Positions 1-14,315 of a stretch of DNA of 64,000 nucleotides are shown piece by piece. Position numbers and translations under genes: made by a program. The stretch is from positions 11,718,001-11,782,000 of the forward strand of contig NC_134025.1 of NCBI RefSeq assembly GCF_964204645.1, written 5' to 3'. The notes under the pieces were generated by a model. It saw nothing but the letters and a program-made list of their open reading frames with translations, was not told the origin of the DNA and searched no databases. How positions within the stretch are numbered: the stretch's first letter is position 1; every line of letters begins with the position of its first letter. This DNA comes from Tubulanus polymorphus (Eukaryota > Animalia > Nemertea).

Positions 1-21
1 GTTTTCTTTTTAAAATTAAAG

Positions 22-156
22 GTTTGTTAACAGTGCTGTGTACTATGGTTTGACGATGAGTGCCGGAAACCTTGGAAGTAACATGTATATAAGCGTTGCG
101 CTGTCGGGACTTGTTGAAGTGCCGTCGTACCTGTTTTGTATAGGTTTATTGAACAG
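22..156 (+). CDS. SLC22A15: SLC22 organic cation transporter (SLC22A15-like), internal exon; gene starts upstream of window
   Basis: AG acceptor at 20-21, GT donor at 157; encodes FVNSAVYYGLTMSAGNLGSNMYISVALSGLVEVPSYLFCIGLLN, the SLC22 TM7-TM8 pattern (YYGL..., SGLVExP). The A15 subfamily call is from recalled similarity. Confidence 0.85.
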
Positions 157-263
157 GTTTGTATGAAAGTTATTTATGAGTCGCTAACTTATCAAAACCC
201 TGTAATTTTCTTTAAAAAGTGTACTAGACAACATGTCAATTTTTTCAATGTTTTTCTTTCCAG

Positions 264-343
264 AGTTGGGCGAAAACTGATTATATGTATGTTGATGTTA
301 GTTGGTGGTGTATCTTGCATGTTGGTTATGCTAATTCCACAAG
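264..343 (+). CDS. SLC22A15: SLC22A15-like exon (GRK loop, TM9)
   Basis: tttccag acceptor, gtaact donor; VGRKLIICMLMLVGGVSCMLVMLIPQ; phase consistent with neighbouring exons. Confidence 0.85.
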
Positions 344-564
344 GTAACTCATCATTTCACTTCTGCATTATGCCATCGGTATCAAAAGCAGTGAAGGAAT
401 ATTTTTCAAGGAGTTGATAAGCGATGACTAGTCATGAAGGGTATTAGCAAAAAGAGAGGACAGTAGAGGTGGCAGTCAAAAACACTTTAGAAGTCGTATT
501 TTGAATACTGTGGGTTGATTTTGCTTCATTTTTCCAGCACTTGTGTTCTCACTTTCTATTTCAG

Positions 565-673
565 CATATTCAACATTTGCAACAGCTTGTGCACTGATTG
601 GCAAACTAGCAATTGCAGCATCATTCGCCATTATTTATGTACATTCCGCTGAAATATTTCCAACTGTTATTAG
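565..673 (+). CDS. SLC22A15: SLC22A15-like exon (TM10, EIFPT motif)
   Basis: tttcag acceptor, gtacgt donor; YSTFATACALIGKLAIAASFAIIYVHSAEIFPTVIR contains the SLC22 E-[LI]-[FY]-P-T-x-[IV]-R signature. Confidence 0.88.
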
Positions 674-1501
674 GTACGTGATTGTATTGCCTTCGCATGT
701 GTTAACATATGGACATTATAAACTGGGACCGATTACAAGCTGCTTACAAACTATTTCGATATTCAGCTCTTCAATGAAATTATAAGCCCAAATAGAATAA
801 TCCATTATCCATTCACTGATTGATTTTCTATTTGCAAACCGCCCTGCTAACAATGAATACTTCGTTAGAGATTTTTTCACCCTGTACTGAGAATGGCTGG
901 TTCGCGTTATAGGGATACCAATAGCTCAGTGAAGAAATTCTGTTACTGTGATAGAATCTCATCAGGTGCTAATAGGGTCTGTGTCAAACACAGTAACAGA
1001 TAACACAGTTCACACGCATATGTACACGCCATCTACTGCAGCCAACTTCAGAAATCTACCGAGATTTTCAGTGATCTAAATTTAGTGAAATTAGATGTTG
1101 GAGCCAATCAAAATTTGTTTCTTTACTATAAGATACTATTCCTCTGTGTATGTGCCAAGTTTCATGCCAAACAACGAATAGATTTTGCGCAAAGTGGTTA
1201 TGAAAAATGACATTTTCCCCTTTATAGTATCGATTAAATGAAAATGGAATTCAACGAATTGACAAAACCAGTGCAATTTCGACTTACATGATGGAAAACT
1301 GTAAATCCCGAGAAAAATGGCAGTGAAATAGAATTTGGACTGAATGGATGGTTTGAAGCTATGCCCCTGAATGAATTTCATTTATCCAATGCCGGGAACA
1401 ATTATGATATCCAGTTTGTATTGATTCCAGGCAATGAATAGCATTGCCATGGGTTTATTTATAACAGTATCATTCTGGAATTTTATTTTCATTTTTTTCA
1501 G

Positions 1502-1574
1502 GAATATGGCGCTAGGCATAACAAGTTGCGGTGCTCGATTTGGTGGCATAGTGGCTCCTATGATTGCATCGTTG
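1502..1574 (+). CDS. SLC22A15: SLC22A15-like exon (TM11)
   Basis: tttttcag acceptor, gtaagt donor; NMALGITSCGARFGGIVAPMIASL. Confidence 0.88.
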
Positions 1575-1661
1575 GTAAGTACATATTGTACATTGGATTT
1601 GTACACAAAACATATTTTGTATGAAAATGTTACATCATATGTTATCCTTGTATATTTGTAG

Positions 1662-1907
1662 TCGACAGTCAGTTCAGCACTTCCGTTTCTGGTGTTTGGG
1701 TGCATGGCATTTTCCGCAGGAGTTCTGAATTTCTATTTACCGGAGACGAAAGGCCAGCCTATGCCGGAAACCATCGACGATGTTCTGATGATGGGCTACA
1801 AAAAACGCCGACAGGAGCAACAACTGAGCAGTTCTAAGGAGCATGTTGTTAAATTACTGGATAGCCCTGCGAACAGCGAAAAGCTCAGTCAGGTTTTAAG
1901 CCTATAA
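1662..1907 (+). CDS. SLC22A15: SLC22A15-like terminal coding exon (TM12, LPETKG motif)
   Basis: ttgtag acceptor; STVSSALPFLVFGCMAFSAGVLNFYLPETKGQPMPETIDD...; TAA at 1905-1907. Confidence 0.88.
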   Translation, partial: STVSSALPFLVFGCMAFSAGVLNFYLPETKGQPMPETIDDVLMMGYKKRRQEQQLSSSKEHVVKLLDSPANSEKLSQVLSL

Positions 1908-2021
1908 AGAAAATACACTATGTGTATGTACAATGAATTTGAAATTCATGATGAAGGTATCCTAATAAAGCCACCATGTGGTGTTCATTTTTGAACTGCT
2001 GGATATCTGATTGATGTACTA

Positions 2022-2276
2022 TAGTGAAACCTCATTATCCAAAGTTATTATAGAAAGTTATTTGCTTTTTTATCACTTGAGTACTGTTGTTCAAAGTTTA
2101 TACCGAATTTCCGGCACTATAGGGTATTAACTAGTCAGCACTGAAAGGGTTAACCGTAGAAAAATGTTAAGATGGCGCCACTCACCATGATTATCAGTAT
2201 ATACTAGTATATGTAAGTGATTAGAAGCCTTCAATCGAAGATGTAAGTTAGTTCTATATAATGAGGCTCCACTGTA
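2022..2276. mobile_element. Degenerate Tc1/mariner-type MITE
   Basis: Imperfect TIRs tagtgaaacctcattat ... ataatgaggctccactgta; similar termini at 40479-40648. Confidence 0.4.
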
Positions 2277-3031
2277 TTAGGCAAAAAATTAAAAGAGAGA
2301 GTGGGTAGCATTGAATGATTATTTGTGATGTACTCTTTCGAGCTTGACAATTCAGACTCGAGATGAAAAATGTTTAACAACTTACTCAAAGGGTACATTA
2401 CTCAATTAGGTTCAAACGTTATGTATAGTCTAAATGCAATTTTGTTGGATAATGCAAGATAATCTTGTAAATTTTGTTATCATTGTTACTTACAGTACTG
2501 CTCGGCATCAGAAGTGAACCAAGTTTGATTAAGTTAAAATAGTTTATTTTCAATCATTTATCATTACTGACAGCACCCTTGGATTTATGCATATCTATCA
2601 GATGTTTTTCTGGATCTATTGATTTGAATTTTTACTTGTACATACTCTCTTAATATGTTTGTCAAAACAAACTGAGACAAATGCAAGCGATCTAAATGAA
2701 TAACAGCGGTTTTACATTTGGTGATATTTTGATAGTAAGAATAATAATTGTCATTTAGAAAGCACAGGTATCCTAACAAGAGCCAGTTCAAATGCGCTCC
2801 ACATTTGGTATTTCCCCCAACCAATGACTCATATCCATGTATCGGTCATCTCTCCCTGGGGAGAAGTAACATCTGAGCAGCTGCTAGGCACTCAGGAGTC
2901 ATCTTTCGGGCCAGTTATCCCATTTAAGTTGAAAATGTATTTCCTGGTACACAAAATGTACACAATATATTACAACATGTATGTAAGGAAAGGTAGCCCG
3001 CTTTCATTTCCGCATTGACTACATGCAGTTA

Positions 3032-3189
3032 GGAGGTCTTGCAGCCATGCAGGCCTACTTTCTTTCTATGTGACTACACCATATTGGTTGGCAGACACAA
3101 TAAGTAATTTACATGACACACCCTCAAAGTTACCTATGGCAAGTCTCCAGCACTGGTTGGCACATACATGTCACATGCAAGACCTCTAT
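3032..3189. mobile_element. Short MITE (related copy at ~13119-13290)
   Basis: Termini gaggtcttgcagccatg ... catgtcacatgcaagacctctat; the related copy has atagaggtcttgcatgtcac ... catggctgcaaaacgtctat. Confidence 0.45.
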
Positions 3190-5446
3190 CCTGGGTGTTT
3201 TAGGTGTCCGGACCCCTGCCTTCCAGTTATGGTTACCCCTTTCATCAAAACAGAGATCATTAAAACCTGCAAAATTGATTTCTTGGAAATTGCATCTTCT
3301 CGGAAGTATTTCTTCAAAAATATCGAAGACCGTGGGTTGCCGCTTGTGGCCTTTGGTGTGGCTACTCTGGACCTTGCCTTCCAATTTTTGTTAGAATCGC
3401 CTCTCTATTCATGAAGTAGATGTTACCTGACAGCTCCACTTGCTTCGATCTTTTTAAGGAATCTCTAGTCCTCTAAAATTTTACAAATGCAGCTATTCGA
3501 AAAAGAGTTGAAGTTCTGGTCATTTGCAAAGAATTACGATTATTATGAAATTGATTAATTCAGTATTTAATCTTGTCATACAGTATTCTCTAATGGACAT
3601 GCAATACTGATTAATGTGGTATAGTTTTCCAGTGCAAATGTTGACTCTAATATCATTATATTAACTTCTACTGGTACTATTATGATTGCATTTGGCATAG
3701 TTAATGTCTCCATTTAATGTCAATGGTAATTCAAATATCAGAGTATGTATAGCTCATTTAGCCAATTCGAATGAAGAATATTGATTCAAATGTTATTACT
3801 GTATGTGAAATCTTTAAGGTACCGGTAATAGAATTAATGAAAGTGAAACTTTTCACTTAAAATTCTTGGTTCACTAAGTCTAAACAGCAGCTTGTAAATT
3901 TACCAGGTATGCCCATGTTATCTTTGGGTCTGGCATCCCATTACTAGTAGGTGGTTTTGTGGGTATCACAAGTTGCTGCCGAATCTCACAATTTGACATT
4001 TGACTGTTACGTTAGGTATACCTATGTTACACATAACTTCAATGTTGTTGTGACATTTGAGCTGACAAAGGATATTTGACTATGTGGTAATTTGGGAAGT
4101 CTGTCTACTTTCGTTCTATAATTTAATATACCGGCATATAGAAATTAGAGGGTTGATAATGAGCATTCCTTGTGTTTAGTGTATCAATGCCGTGTTGTTC
4201 ATACCTATATGTACTATATCTATATATTTATACAGTTTTACCGAAAAGTCTTTAAAAATTATACTGTAAATAAGGAAATGAATAAAGTCATTAAATGGTT
4301 ATTCATTTATATTTGTTGGTTATAACATTCATTATTCTTTTCATTGTGGCTTTTCATTCTATCATCATGCAATGATGTTTAGGTGAGGTGACACCACGAA
4401 ACAAAGGCCCCAAACATGTTTGAAGTAATGATGTTTTACTGGAAATGTAAGTCTCTACTTACCAAGTGGCATAAAACCGTAGTCAATCAAATTTCTATGA
4501 TAACGATTTCTATTTCTGCGGCGTTTTGATAAGTGGCTCTCATGTAAGGTAATTGTGGAATGAACCAATCTATTAGATTGATTAGATTAGACTAACCAAC
4601 AACTGTAGAACTGGCCACATATATAAGGATTTAAAGCCTTGCACACGATTTAATTCTATATCCACTTTTTCCATACATGTAAATATTTTGAGATTTGGTA
4701 ACTTGCATCAGTGTTAATTTTTTTCTACTTCATTGTTATCCTATGTACAAAAATATTTCCTGTACACTATTCTTTCTTTTGTAAATTTTATTCTGTTTAT
4801 CAACAATCGTGCAAGATTTCATGATAAATAAATATTGAATTGAATTGAATATATCACTCGCCTGATATTCCACAGGAGACGGACAAGAATCAGAGAATAA
4901 GGACAGATCCCAGTATCATCTGTAGCCTGGAACTAATCCTCTTCTGAAATCTAGATGGTTGTGGCACCATGAGGTCAGTTTCAATAAGAAACGTGTAAGG
5001 TGAGGTCTGAAGAAAAACTGGAACGGTATTTCTGTGTCTAATAGGGGATTTGGTACAGACCATAGAACACCTGAAAAACTATAGCGAATATATTTGCCAC
5101 ACAGCTTTAATATATCCACAGCTTTAGTTCAACTCTTACACAACCAGATGACACACGGATTGAAGAGTGACGAGATATATTTCACAGTACATGTTTACAC
5201 ATTTATTACTTTACAGTAGCATTTACAAGTATATACATAATATATCTGAACAATATATTATCAATAACCTCGACTAGTAATATGTATATAATAATACATG
5301 TACAGTTATATATTTACAGTCACTTTTTATCCCATATAAAGCCTCATCTTAACAATTCCAAATAAATCAAATATCGTCATCGTCGGTTCATATACCGGGT
5401 ATATCTCATCACATAACCATTTATATACATCTTTGGAATGTTTATA

Positions 5447-5449
<3 letters not shown>

Positions 5450-5535
<86 letters not shown>
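5450..5535. repeat. (TA)n microsatellite
   Basis: Direct read of an uninterrupted TA run. Confidence 0.97.
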
Positions 5536-5537
<2 letters not shown>

Positions 5538-8120
5538 CGCTTCCATAAATAAATAAATAAATAAATCTATTCACCTATAATTTAGAATTTTGCAGTCGCA
5601 GTGGATTTTACCGGTTAATAGACTATCATCATATTGCAAAACCCGGTATAAGGTTCTATTTTGATACCCCTAACTTTTTTTAATCTTTGCAAAATTCACT
5701 AATTTCGAAGTTGACCGACGATGCATAAAGTTGATAAGTTCTATCCATGAGAAAATACAGAGATTTATGAGACTGAACTATTGTATTCCGATGTTGTTTG
5801 AAAAGGAAATGTGTGGGGCAAAAAAGGTCAACAAAAGGTCCAAGGCGATCAATATGACACGTGTGAAGAACTTAACCTGCCTCTTCGACAACAGATGGGA
5901 TTTTCTTAAGGTACTTAATGTGTACTGTTGGTGTGTGGAACTGGATCCAGTGTCAAATAAAACTCACACACCACTGTGGTCCTGGATCCAGAGTCAAATT
6001 CATCGTTCAATAATCTACGAAAACGATTCCCTGATGCCAGATCTCATTCCTCATTAAGCAACCTGTTTCACATAAAATTCAGCACAACTGTCACAAGACT
6101 AGAACAAAATCATAAAATTGTAGAGATTCGTATTAGAGAAATACGGTTTTTGAAAGAAACCTTCATTTCCATAGTCGGGTCTTTTGACCTAAGTGAGAAA
6201 ATTCAACTAAATATCGATGAAATGAAATATCAGTAATAAACAGATTTTCTAGTCATGTGAAATCCAATTATTTACGCGTACTCTCTTTCATGTATTATTC
6301 ATATTCCTCTGTAATTTGTACTAGAAATGTATAACCTTAGTACCACAGCTACATTAGTCCAATACAGAATGGTTTACCCTATGATTACAACTATAAACCT
6401 GGGCCGCCTTCTCATATACACATACACTATGTGAAATTAATACTCTAATAATATATCATCCCTTATCCTCTTATTATGATTGTTATAAGGGGGTAGTAGC
6501 CGTATCTATGATATGGCCTCAGGGCACCAATCTTATAGAGGTAAATCATATACAGCAAATTTTATAATTAGACCATAAAACTGGCACCTCGGTGAACATA
6601 GGTGAAATCGAACAATGTTATGGTATAAATGAATGAATACATTCCGGGTTGTCTGTGGTGAAAAATACATGAATATCTCCAGCAATTTCCAATGAAAACT
6701 GCAGCGAATGATAGCTCATAGTTCATGTAGCAAAAACACTAAACCCCATATGGGATGTAATTGTGACTCAGTGTCTCTTAACCTGCCACTAGCTACCAAT
6801 GATCTGAACGAACTGAGATAACAGGTAATTTCTACAATCAGCAGAGATATTTACCGCTTCTGGCAATTTGTATGCAACCTCTTAAGATGTTGATTCAAAA
6901 TCGAAACACAAAGTGGGCGTCACTAATCATTTCTAATGTTGCTAAATTAAGATCACATTTAGCAGTTTTAGGGCTAATACTATCTGGTCATCCCTGAATT
7001 TGAGGATTTTTAGGAGTATTCGGGGGGTAAATGTCAGCTATCAGGCAGGAATTATGAGCCTAGCTGATTATCTAGAAACAATATCATATATGCGGTCCAA
7101 TCCAAGCACTTTTCCGATTGCCCGGGACAAGTATATTCTCATCAGGGCAAGTAGGTTATCATTATCATCACTTGTCCCGATACAACGGATGATAGTGCCA
7201 CCGATCGGACAGCCTGTGTAGGGCAAGTAGCTTTTGGAGGGGGCAAGCAAAATTTCAGATATGCTTGCCCCCTGGGCAAGTGGCTTTCATTCCTTAGATC
7301 GGACCCTGATATAGTAAGTCACAAAACATTGCATCATGCGTGTGCAGAGGGGAGTTCGGAACAAACACCCTTTTCTGGAAAGTGCCCCCCACAAAACCAA
7401 CTTTATGGACTTATGACGAATGATTAAATGGCCAATGAGTAACTAAATAGAAATAGGTTTCTAGTCTTGTTCTTGGGGATTAAGATATCATTTGGATATG
7501 TAAACCTACATTTTATAGGGCGAAACAGATAACTAGGGTCCAGGAACACCATGTCCGCTTGGGGAAATGCATGACGATTATACAATTTCAATATTCAACA
7601 CCCCTTGGTTTACAAAAACAGTCATCATTGAGCTTTTGAAACTTTTATCACAATATGCATACGTACCAACACATATGGAAATACCGCATTTTCCGCTTTT
7701 CTACTACCCTGGACACACACCAAAACCAATGACCTTGAACCTCACCATAACCATAGAGAATGTCACACGCCGGAGTAAAAACATGCCTAAGTACAAATAT
7801 ATAGGTCTTTGGTAAAAATGGATACCATATTTGCTCGCTAATGCCCCCTGGTGAATATATACAAAAACCAATGACCTTGAAATTCAGAAAGCGCCCGCTG
7901 GTGAACAAATAACCTTGAAATTCAGGACAATTATAGAATATGTCACATTAGCTAATGTTTCGTAAACAATTACGTACAAAATGGCATCTGAAATGTTCCC
8001 ATGTCAGTTTTTGGGCTGGGGATGTGTGTGGGGTAGATAAATGTATAAACCAAACATCAAGATAATCCATCTAAGTGTCTCAAAGCTTTCTAGAATAACA
8101 GGATTCTGTCTAGGACTGAC

Positions 8121-8441
8121 TATCCTCCCTCGGCAGGGATTCAAACCTGATGGCATTGAGATCGCCATGACACGAAACCCTGCCACACACTACATGCCCA
8201 GTTTAGATGATGTCATTATTATCCTATTTTATTTTAGCCCAGGTCTTTACCCATTTACAGTTATTCTGCGAAATTTGCCTCAGCGATTATACAACGAGCA
8301 ATCTGATTGGTGCCGCCAGTTTTTGTGTGGTAAACCTGTGCATGTACCAGCGCCGTGCGCCCGGTCTAGTGTTGCAGGGGTTCATGTCGTGGCTGAGTGT
8401 AGTGATGCCATCAGGTTTGAATCCTATCCAATAGGGGATGA
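8121..8441. mobile_element. MITE with ~65-bp imperfect TIRs
   Basis: atcctccctcggcagggattcaaacctgatggcattgag ... gatgccatcaggtttgaatcctatccaataggggat; homologous copy at 19536-19952. Confidence 0.6.
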
Positions 8442-9210
8442 GGACCAATGGACACAGGCGGTTGGAAGGACAAATGAAAGCAATTGTCCGCTAGGACTCA
8501 ACTCTCAATTGGCCTGAAAATAGGTAAAAAGTGTGCCCTTAGTCTATCAAGAGTGCCTTGGATTCGAACTGGCCCCATCAATGTAAACTCAGCACACCCA
8601 TGATGAATGACCTACAATGACTTAAAAAGAAAAAAAATTTCTACCAGTAGTATTTTTCCAGAATTCAAGGAAGTTTCAAGGAGTTAAAGTGCAAATTATT
8701 TTAAATTAAGAGGAGATTCGAGGTCCTTGAAAGTATTGAGGTCCTCAAAAGTACTTGTTCAAATTAGACAAGTTTTCAAGGAGAATCAAGGAATGCTAGT
8801 ACATTGTGGTATGAACACTGGGTTCCCCTGTTAGTCCATGTATGAGCTTATAACAAGACAACGTGAATCCTAAATATCTTGCTAGAGCAATAATTGACAA
8901 ATTCTACCTAACATAATAAGCCTCGCAAGGTTTTCCCGCGATAGGAATCTTAACCAATTTTTATCAGTAAACCTTACTTAATCCTGATCATTTGGGACCT
9001 ATGAAATCAATCATGTTCAGGAAAAATCTGCATAACCAGCAAACATAAAAATGCACGCATATATTTATGTATTCATTTTAAGTTGAAACATGATGGCCGG
9101 ATTATGGTAGATCAATCTGCTTAAACTGATCTGGCTAAGTGAGTTTACCGGAAATATTGATAATATCTCTTCGAAAAAAAGGTTGGTACTTGTGCTATAC
9201 AAGCTGCCTT

Positions 9211-9485
9211 TCAATCAGACAATCTAGCTGCCTCTTGTGAAGGTGAAGTATCAGTTGTTGTCGGACTCGTCAGCGGAAACATCAGTACGCCGGCCTGCAT
9301 GAATGAGAGATTCTGCAATGTCGCCAAAATGCTTGTTGCTTCAGCGGTCAAATTCTCGTCATTTTTATCACAAACTTTCATCGTTGGTTTCATGGACGCC
9401 AGGATGCTCTCAAGTGCATTGATAGGTTTGGTTTCTGTTTGCTCTTTCGGTGGTTCAATAGACGATAAGAACTCACTTTCGAGGG
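9211..9485 (-). CDS. AFTPH: Aftiphilin terminal coding exon
   Basis: Acceptor TAG (plus cta 9486-9488); ...ENLTAEATSILATLQNLSFMQAGVLMFPLTSP... resembles the aftiphilin C-terminal LPDLxFMxAxVLMFP motif; TGA at 9213-9211. Confidence 0.88.
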
Positions 9486-11759
9486 CTATTGATAAAAAGA
9501 TGGAAAAAGATTTATTATATTACTCTCCTTCAAAAATTGTAAATGGGTTCATCTAACTTTCCACTGCTATTTATCATTTTTTGGTAATTATCATAAACAC
9601 TAGCAACCAAATGTCTTGTAAACAAAAAGTGCAAGTCTACAAATTACTCAACTGGGCACCCATAATTCGAAGCAACATTGGGGCCAAGTGAACTGAGTTG
9701 AAACTGTTCAACCACTACTGATTTCCTTTTGATCCAGTTGTAGGACACTAAAGTCACATTCCGTCTTAAGCCCAGAGTTATGATAAATACCAGTCATATG
9801 TGATGAGACATCTCCTGGGGTTTTAATGTGGACCTTTAACCCGGGGGGGAGGGGGATTGTTCAATTCATTGTCCCAGTTTAAAGTTAAAACTTGTCTACA
9901 AAACGAGTACCCAGATATTAACCCTGCTGTCACACCCTCCATCTCTCTGCACCTGTCTCAAATAATGACTAGAATGTCTGACCCACAATGCTTTGACCAC
10001 TCATGTTTAAGAAACTAATGGTCACAGGTTTGACATTAAAATTTCTAAAATAGTTTTCCATTCCAACTGTGTAACTCGGTCACATCGTTGGTCTCATTTC
10101 AGTTCATGTGTAAACAAAAATTTAGGTTTCTCACCTAATGATAAATGTTTATCATTTTATTTACTCGCCAGTCAAAATAACATAGTTCATTATGCTTGAA
10201 CTGTTCTGTATTCTAACATAAATCTGGCATACCCTCATATAATACTGGTAGTCATTCTATGATATGATTTTAGAAGACTGAAATTGAGAGATTTTAGATG
10301 AATTTTCACCAGGCATGAATTTTTATTTTCCATTGTGGATCAAACATTCTAAATATCCGAAACCTTCCACAACCATTCTACATTTTGTATTATTCTTTCT
10401 AGAGACAAATCAGTTATTACACAGTGTTTTACTAGGTTGCATCAGTGGCATTACATATAACAGACTTTGTATCTTGTAGTTTTTGATATAACATACTTCA
10501 AACAATGAAAAACATATGAAAAAACTCATAACAAATCAAATCCACTTCATGAACATCAAATGATGATTGAATCATGAGTAAAGTGGATCTCATGGGAGCC
10601 ATTACATTTTCAACTGAAATATTTGAGTATCATATGCACAACAGGAAAATAAGTCAGAGACTACAAATAGATATATAATCCTGCATACATATATAATACT
10701 GCATTTAACTGTAATGTTAAAAGCTCATATCCTTTAACGGATAAGTATGATTACTAATGTCTAATACCGCATGAAGACTGTAAACTGAAAAGGTCTGCTG
10801 AAACGGCATTCTAAAAAAAGATGTTTACAATTTCGAATGAAATGTATTGAATCGATTTAAGTGCAAAGAGTTGCTGAATTTACTGGAGGAGCAACATAGT
10901 TCTTTGAAGTTGTAAGATTGAAATTTTGGTCCAACTACATGCACAGGTATACAGATGATTGAACTAAATTCATCTGATGAACTCCTATGACTATCCAGCT
11001 CATATTGTTTGGTCAGCATTGACCTATTAACCTAACTCAATGTCCGGCCAGTCCTATTAAATCGAATAATCACTTGCACAATCCTAGGACCATTGCTTGG
11101 TACGTATCATATCATAATTTGTCTAACTCCTATATCATGATCAATAAAGTTGAAAAAAATCACTGGTCTCAAATCAACTCAAATTAGGAGAAGTCTACCG
11201 TACATATCACCCAAGCCAGACATATTCTCAGTCTAGAAAGATCCGACTTGAGCAGAGTCTACGGTAAGGCTGGTTAAAACCAATTTACAAAGCTTACAAA
11301 AACTGATACACCCCCAGCTTACAAACACTGATTACATGAACAGAAATCATCGACAACAAACTACATGTAGTTTTCACTGAATACACATATATCAAAAGAA
11401 AAATTGTGACTCGATGGTGCATAAAATAAAAGACAAAAATGGATTTAAGTACATAATAGCAAACGAATAGTTACACAGTAAATCAAAACGGCATGCACAT
11501 GCTCCTTCTAACCCCAAGCTACCATAAGAAAAATAACCTCATCAGTGGGAAAATAGAAACAGGCAAATTGCAGGTATCTAAGATAAAGAGTCGACAACCA
11601 TAAGTGATAGATATGAGATGTGCAAAGTTGTCAAAAATTGTAATTTTCTTTTGTACAACATTTAAAAAATTAAAAGAAAAAACAAAAAACCAACATGGCC
11701 GCGTCCTAACACCGAATAAGATTTCAACTGGATCACCATATTAGAAGCTACTGACATAC

Positions 11760-11843
11760 CTGACGGCTTTGATTTGACTTCGGCATCCATAGAGGAATTT
11801 TTGGTAAAGAAGTCCAGGTCCAGTAAACAGGAACTGTTTGTCG
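11760..11843 (-). CDS. AFTPH: Aftiphilin exon with clathrin box LLDLD
   Basis: tttctag acceptor, gtatgt donor; TNSSCLLDLDFFTKNSSMDAEVKSKPS; 84 nt, phase 1/1. Confidence 0.85.
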
Positions 11844-12784
11844 CTAGAAATTAATGATTCAGTACGATTTTCGTTTTAGGAAATGGAACCCAATTCAACT
11901 ACAAGCTTGAAAACTCTACAGTTGACTGTGGCAAACGAGAATCCACCAGGTGACCACAATGAGCATTTTTTAGGACGATGAAGCCGGATTTCTTCTCAGT
12001 TTCAATTAAATCATAATTATCCATACATCTCAAATTCTAAGAATGGGGAATAGCACTATCAATGAACCCTAAAACACAATCTGAATTCATCAATTATTGC
12101 CTGATTTTTTTATGTGGGAGGCTAAAAATCTATATTTAAGTTAATTAATAATGAACTAAATTTTGACTAAGATGTTCCAATCTTACGCACGCCATCTGGT
12201 GGGATAGCTGGTGACACAAGGTCCTCATTAAGTTTTATTCAATTGCAAGGCCTATCTAACTAAGCACCTCTTCGTGAATTCAAGAAGTAACATGATATAT
12301 CCTGTTTTATGAAATAATGTGATGGCTCATGAAACTCCCCAAGATGTAAATGGACTTTTAAATACCTAAATCCAAGTTACCCATTCTTAAATGTATCATT
12401 TGTAATTATTTTTCAATTTTAAAAGCACTGGGTTATATAGCAATTTCGAAACATTGTAAGAGATTTAGCAACAGGGACATCAATTCAGTTCAAGTACAGT
12501 AGAACAGAATTACTGCCTATCATGAAAAACAAAGTGTATCCCTACAAAATCTTCCTAATCGAAATTTTCATATCTCAATTTATAGAACTTTTGTACTGCT
12601 TTTATATCAAACAGATTCAAATTAACTCAGTACAATATCCTACTAAAACAGATTTGTCAAAACCTTTTTAAAAGCGGTCACATTCCAATTCTTTCAACAC
12701 CCACATGGGAACAACGATGATATCGTATCAATACTGAATTGTGTGAGATAATTAACAAACAATATTATAATAAATGATGCTTAC

Positions 12785-12851
12785 TATCCAAAGGGTTCGT
12801 GAGTCCGCTACTGCCCCAGTCAAACTCCACAGGTGGAATCGACTCCAGTGG
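12785..12851 (-). CDS. AFTPH: Aftiphilin exon (IPPVEFDWGSSGLTNPLD)
   Basis: tttcag acceptor, gtaag donor; motif matches the recalled vertebrate AFTPH PPVQFDWSSSGLTNPLD. Confidence 0.92.
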
Positions 12852-14060
12852 CTGAAACAGATAGCAGTACAGTTTGTTTCAACAAAAATCAATTACGTCA
12901 GACGAAATTGATGTTAAATGTACCTATTTGAGCATGGCATGGAATGGTGATGAAAAACATATATAAAGCACACATACAAAAAACAAGGGTAGGAAAAAGC
13001 CCAAAAGAGAATTCATTAGAACAAGTGGTTCACACCAATCAATACGCATGGCACCTTTATTTCATACAAAAAAAAAGTTTCACCTCGGATATACCATAAC
13101 CTTAGATATCTACATTCTATAGAGGTCTTGCATGTCACGTCACAGTTAATTTGCCAATGAATGCCGAGGCTTGCCATAAATAACAACAAAAAACAATCAG
13201 GGGATGTACAAACTTTGTGGGTCTGTCATGTTGATCACATTGTGATTGCCAACGAAGATGGCAAAGCACATGGCTGCAAAACGTCTATATGAAGTATCTA
13301 TGTCAACATTTTTTCTAAGAGTGTGTATTTCTCATAGATAACAAACGTCCGAAATTCGACGACCACCGGTGTACTAAACTGATATGATGTCGAGTACCGG
13401 TATGTATCAAAGTAGAAGACTGAATTGAATTTTGATCCCCAAACCGCATCGAAGGCCAATATAATAACGCCAATACATGCTGTAGAATTCTTTCAGTTTA
13501 ACAGTTTATAGTAAATAAATGTATGGTGCTATGACATTATTTCGAAGGTGCGTGCGTTAGTGGTTACATTTAATACCGGACAGTGGATGACAAGCAAAAA
13601 GATGAAAAATGAGCTCGAGAACCTTCATGCTACGACAGTTGGCTCTTCACTTGTTAGTAAATGAAACCATCTTCAGTATATCTATGGTATACCGGTATAT
13701 GAATAAATTGCAAGCTGTTATGTTTAGAGTAGGGTAGATAAGACAGGCAATGAGTGAAACCCAAGTGTTTGTTTACCCCAGTACGTTCCTGGGTACCGGT
13801 ACTCAGATACATTTGCATACATAACAGAAGCGGGAAATCATCCAAATAGTAAGTTCAAGGTAGGACCACAATCTAAATCGGCAAACGTGCCTGATGAATG
13901 ATCTCTACTACCGGGTAGCAGCAAAATAACTACTTAACTAAAATTTCAAGCATGTTACCCAGGTATAATAGACATGAGAAAGCATTAACTTGTGCTAGAC
14001 AATGAAGGTTGCTAATCTTACGGTAACCTATTACAGTATGAGTAACACTAAAACACTCAC

Positions 14061-14210
14061 TACATGCTGTTGTGTAGGAGATTCCTTCGATGTGTCAACT
14101 AATGTGGCGTCGGATTGCGGCTCGATCTTCTGTACTGGCTCGCGACTGGGTTCTAACAATCCGAGATTTGCTGCAAAGATCGGTATGGCCGGTTTCTTGT
14201 GGCCATGCAG
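14061..14210 (-). CDS. AFTPH: Aftiphilin exon (clathrin-binding domain, part 2)
   Basis: tttcag acceptor, gtgagt donor; LHGHKKPAIPIFAANLGLLEPSREPV; 150 nt, phase 0/0. Confidence 0.9.
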
Positions 14211-14315
14211 CTGAAAAATTCATGGAAAAAAATACATTTGTCGAAATATGAAGTTGTACACCTATTTAAATACACTACAAGATGGATTTGTGTCAAAAAC
14301 AGTCTCAACACATAC

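Noticed and set aside
3070-3470. Overlapping ORFs that might be an exon of another gene
   Set aside because: No recognisable domain, partly overlaps a MITE, and no partner exons could be identified.
5377-5574. (IY)n ORF; also the poly-N and poly-I ORFs at 31374-31673
   Set aside because: Microsatellite translations.
8121-8441. B-box-like GGGATTCGAACC in MITE TIRs as part of the Gypsy hairpin system
   Set aside because: Single motif per TIR in an unrelated MITE; no periodicity or flanking similarity to the Gypsy arrays.
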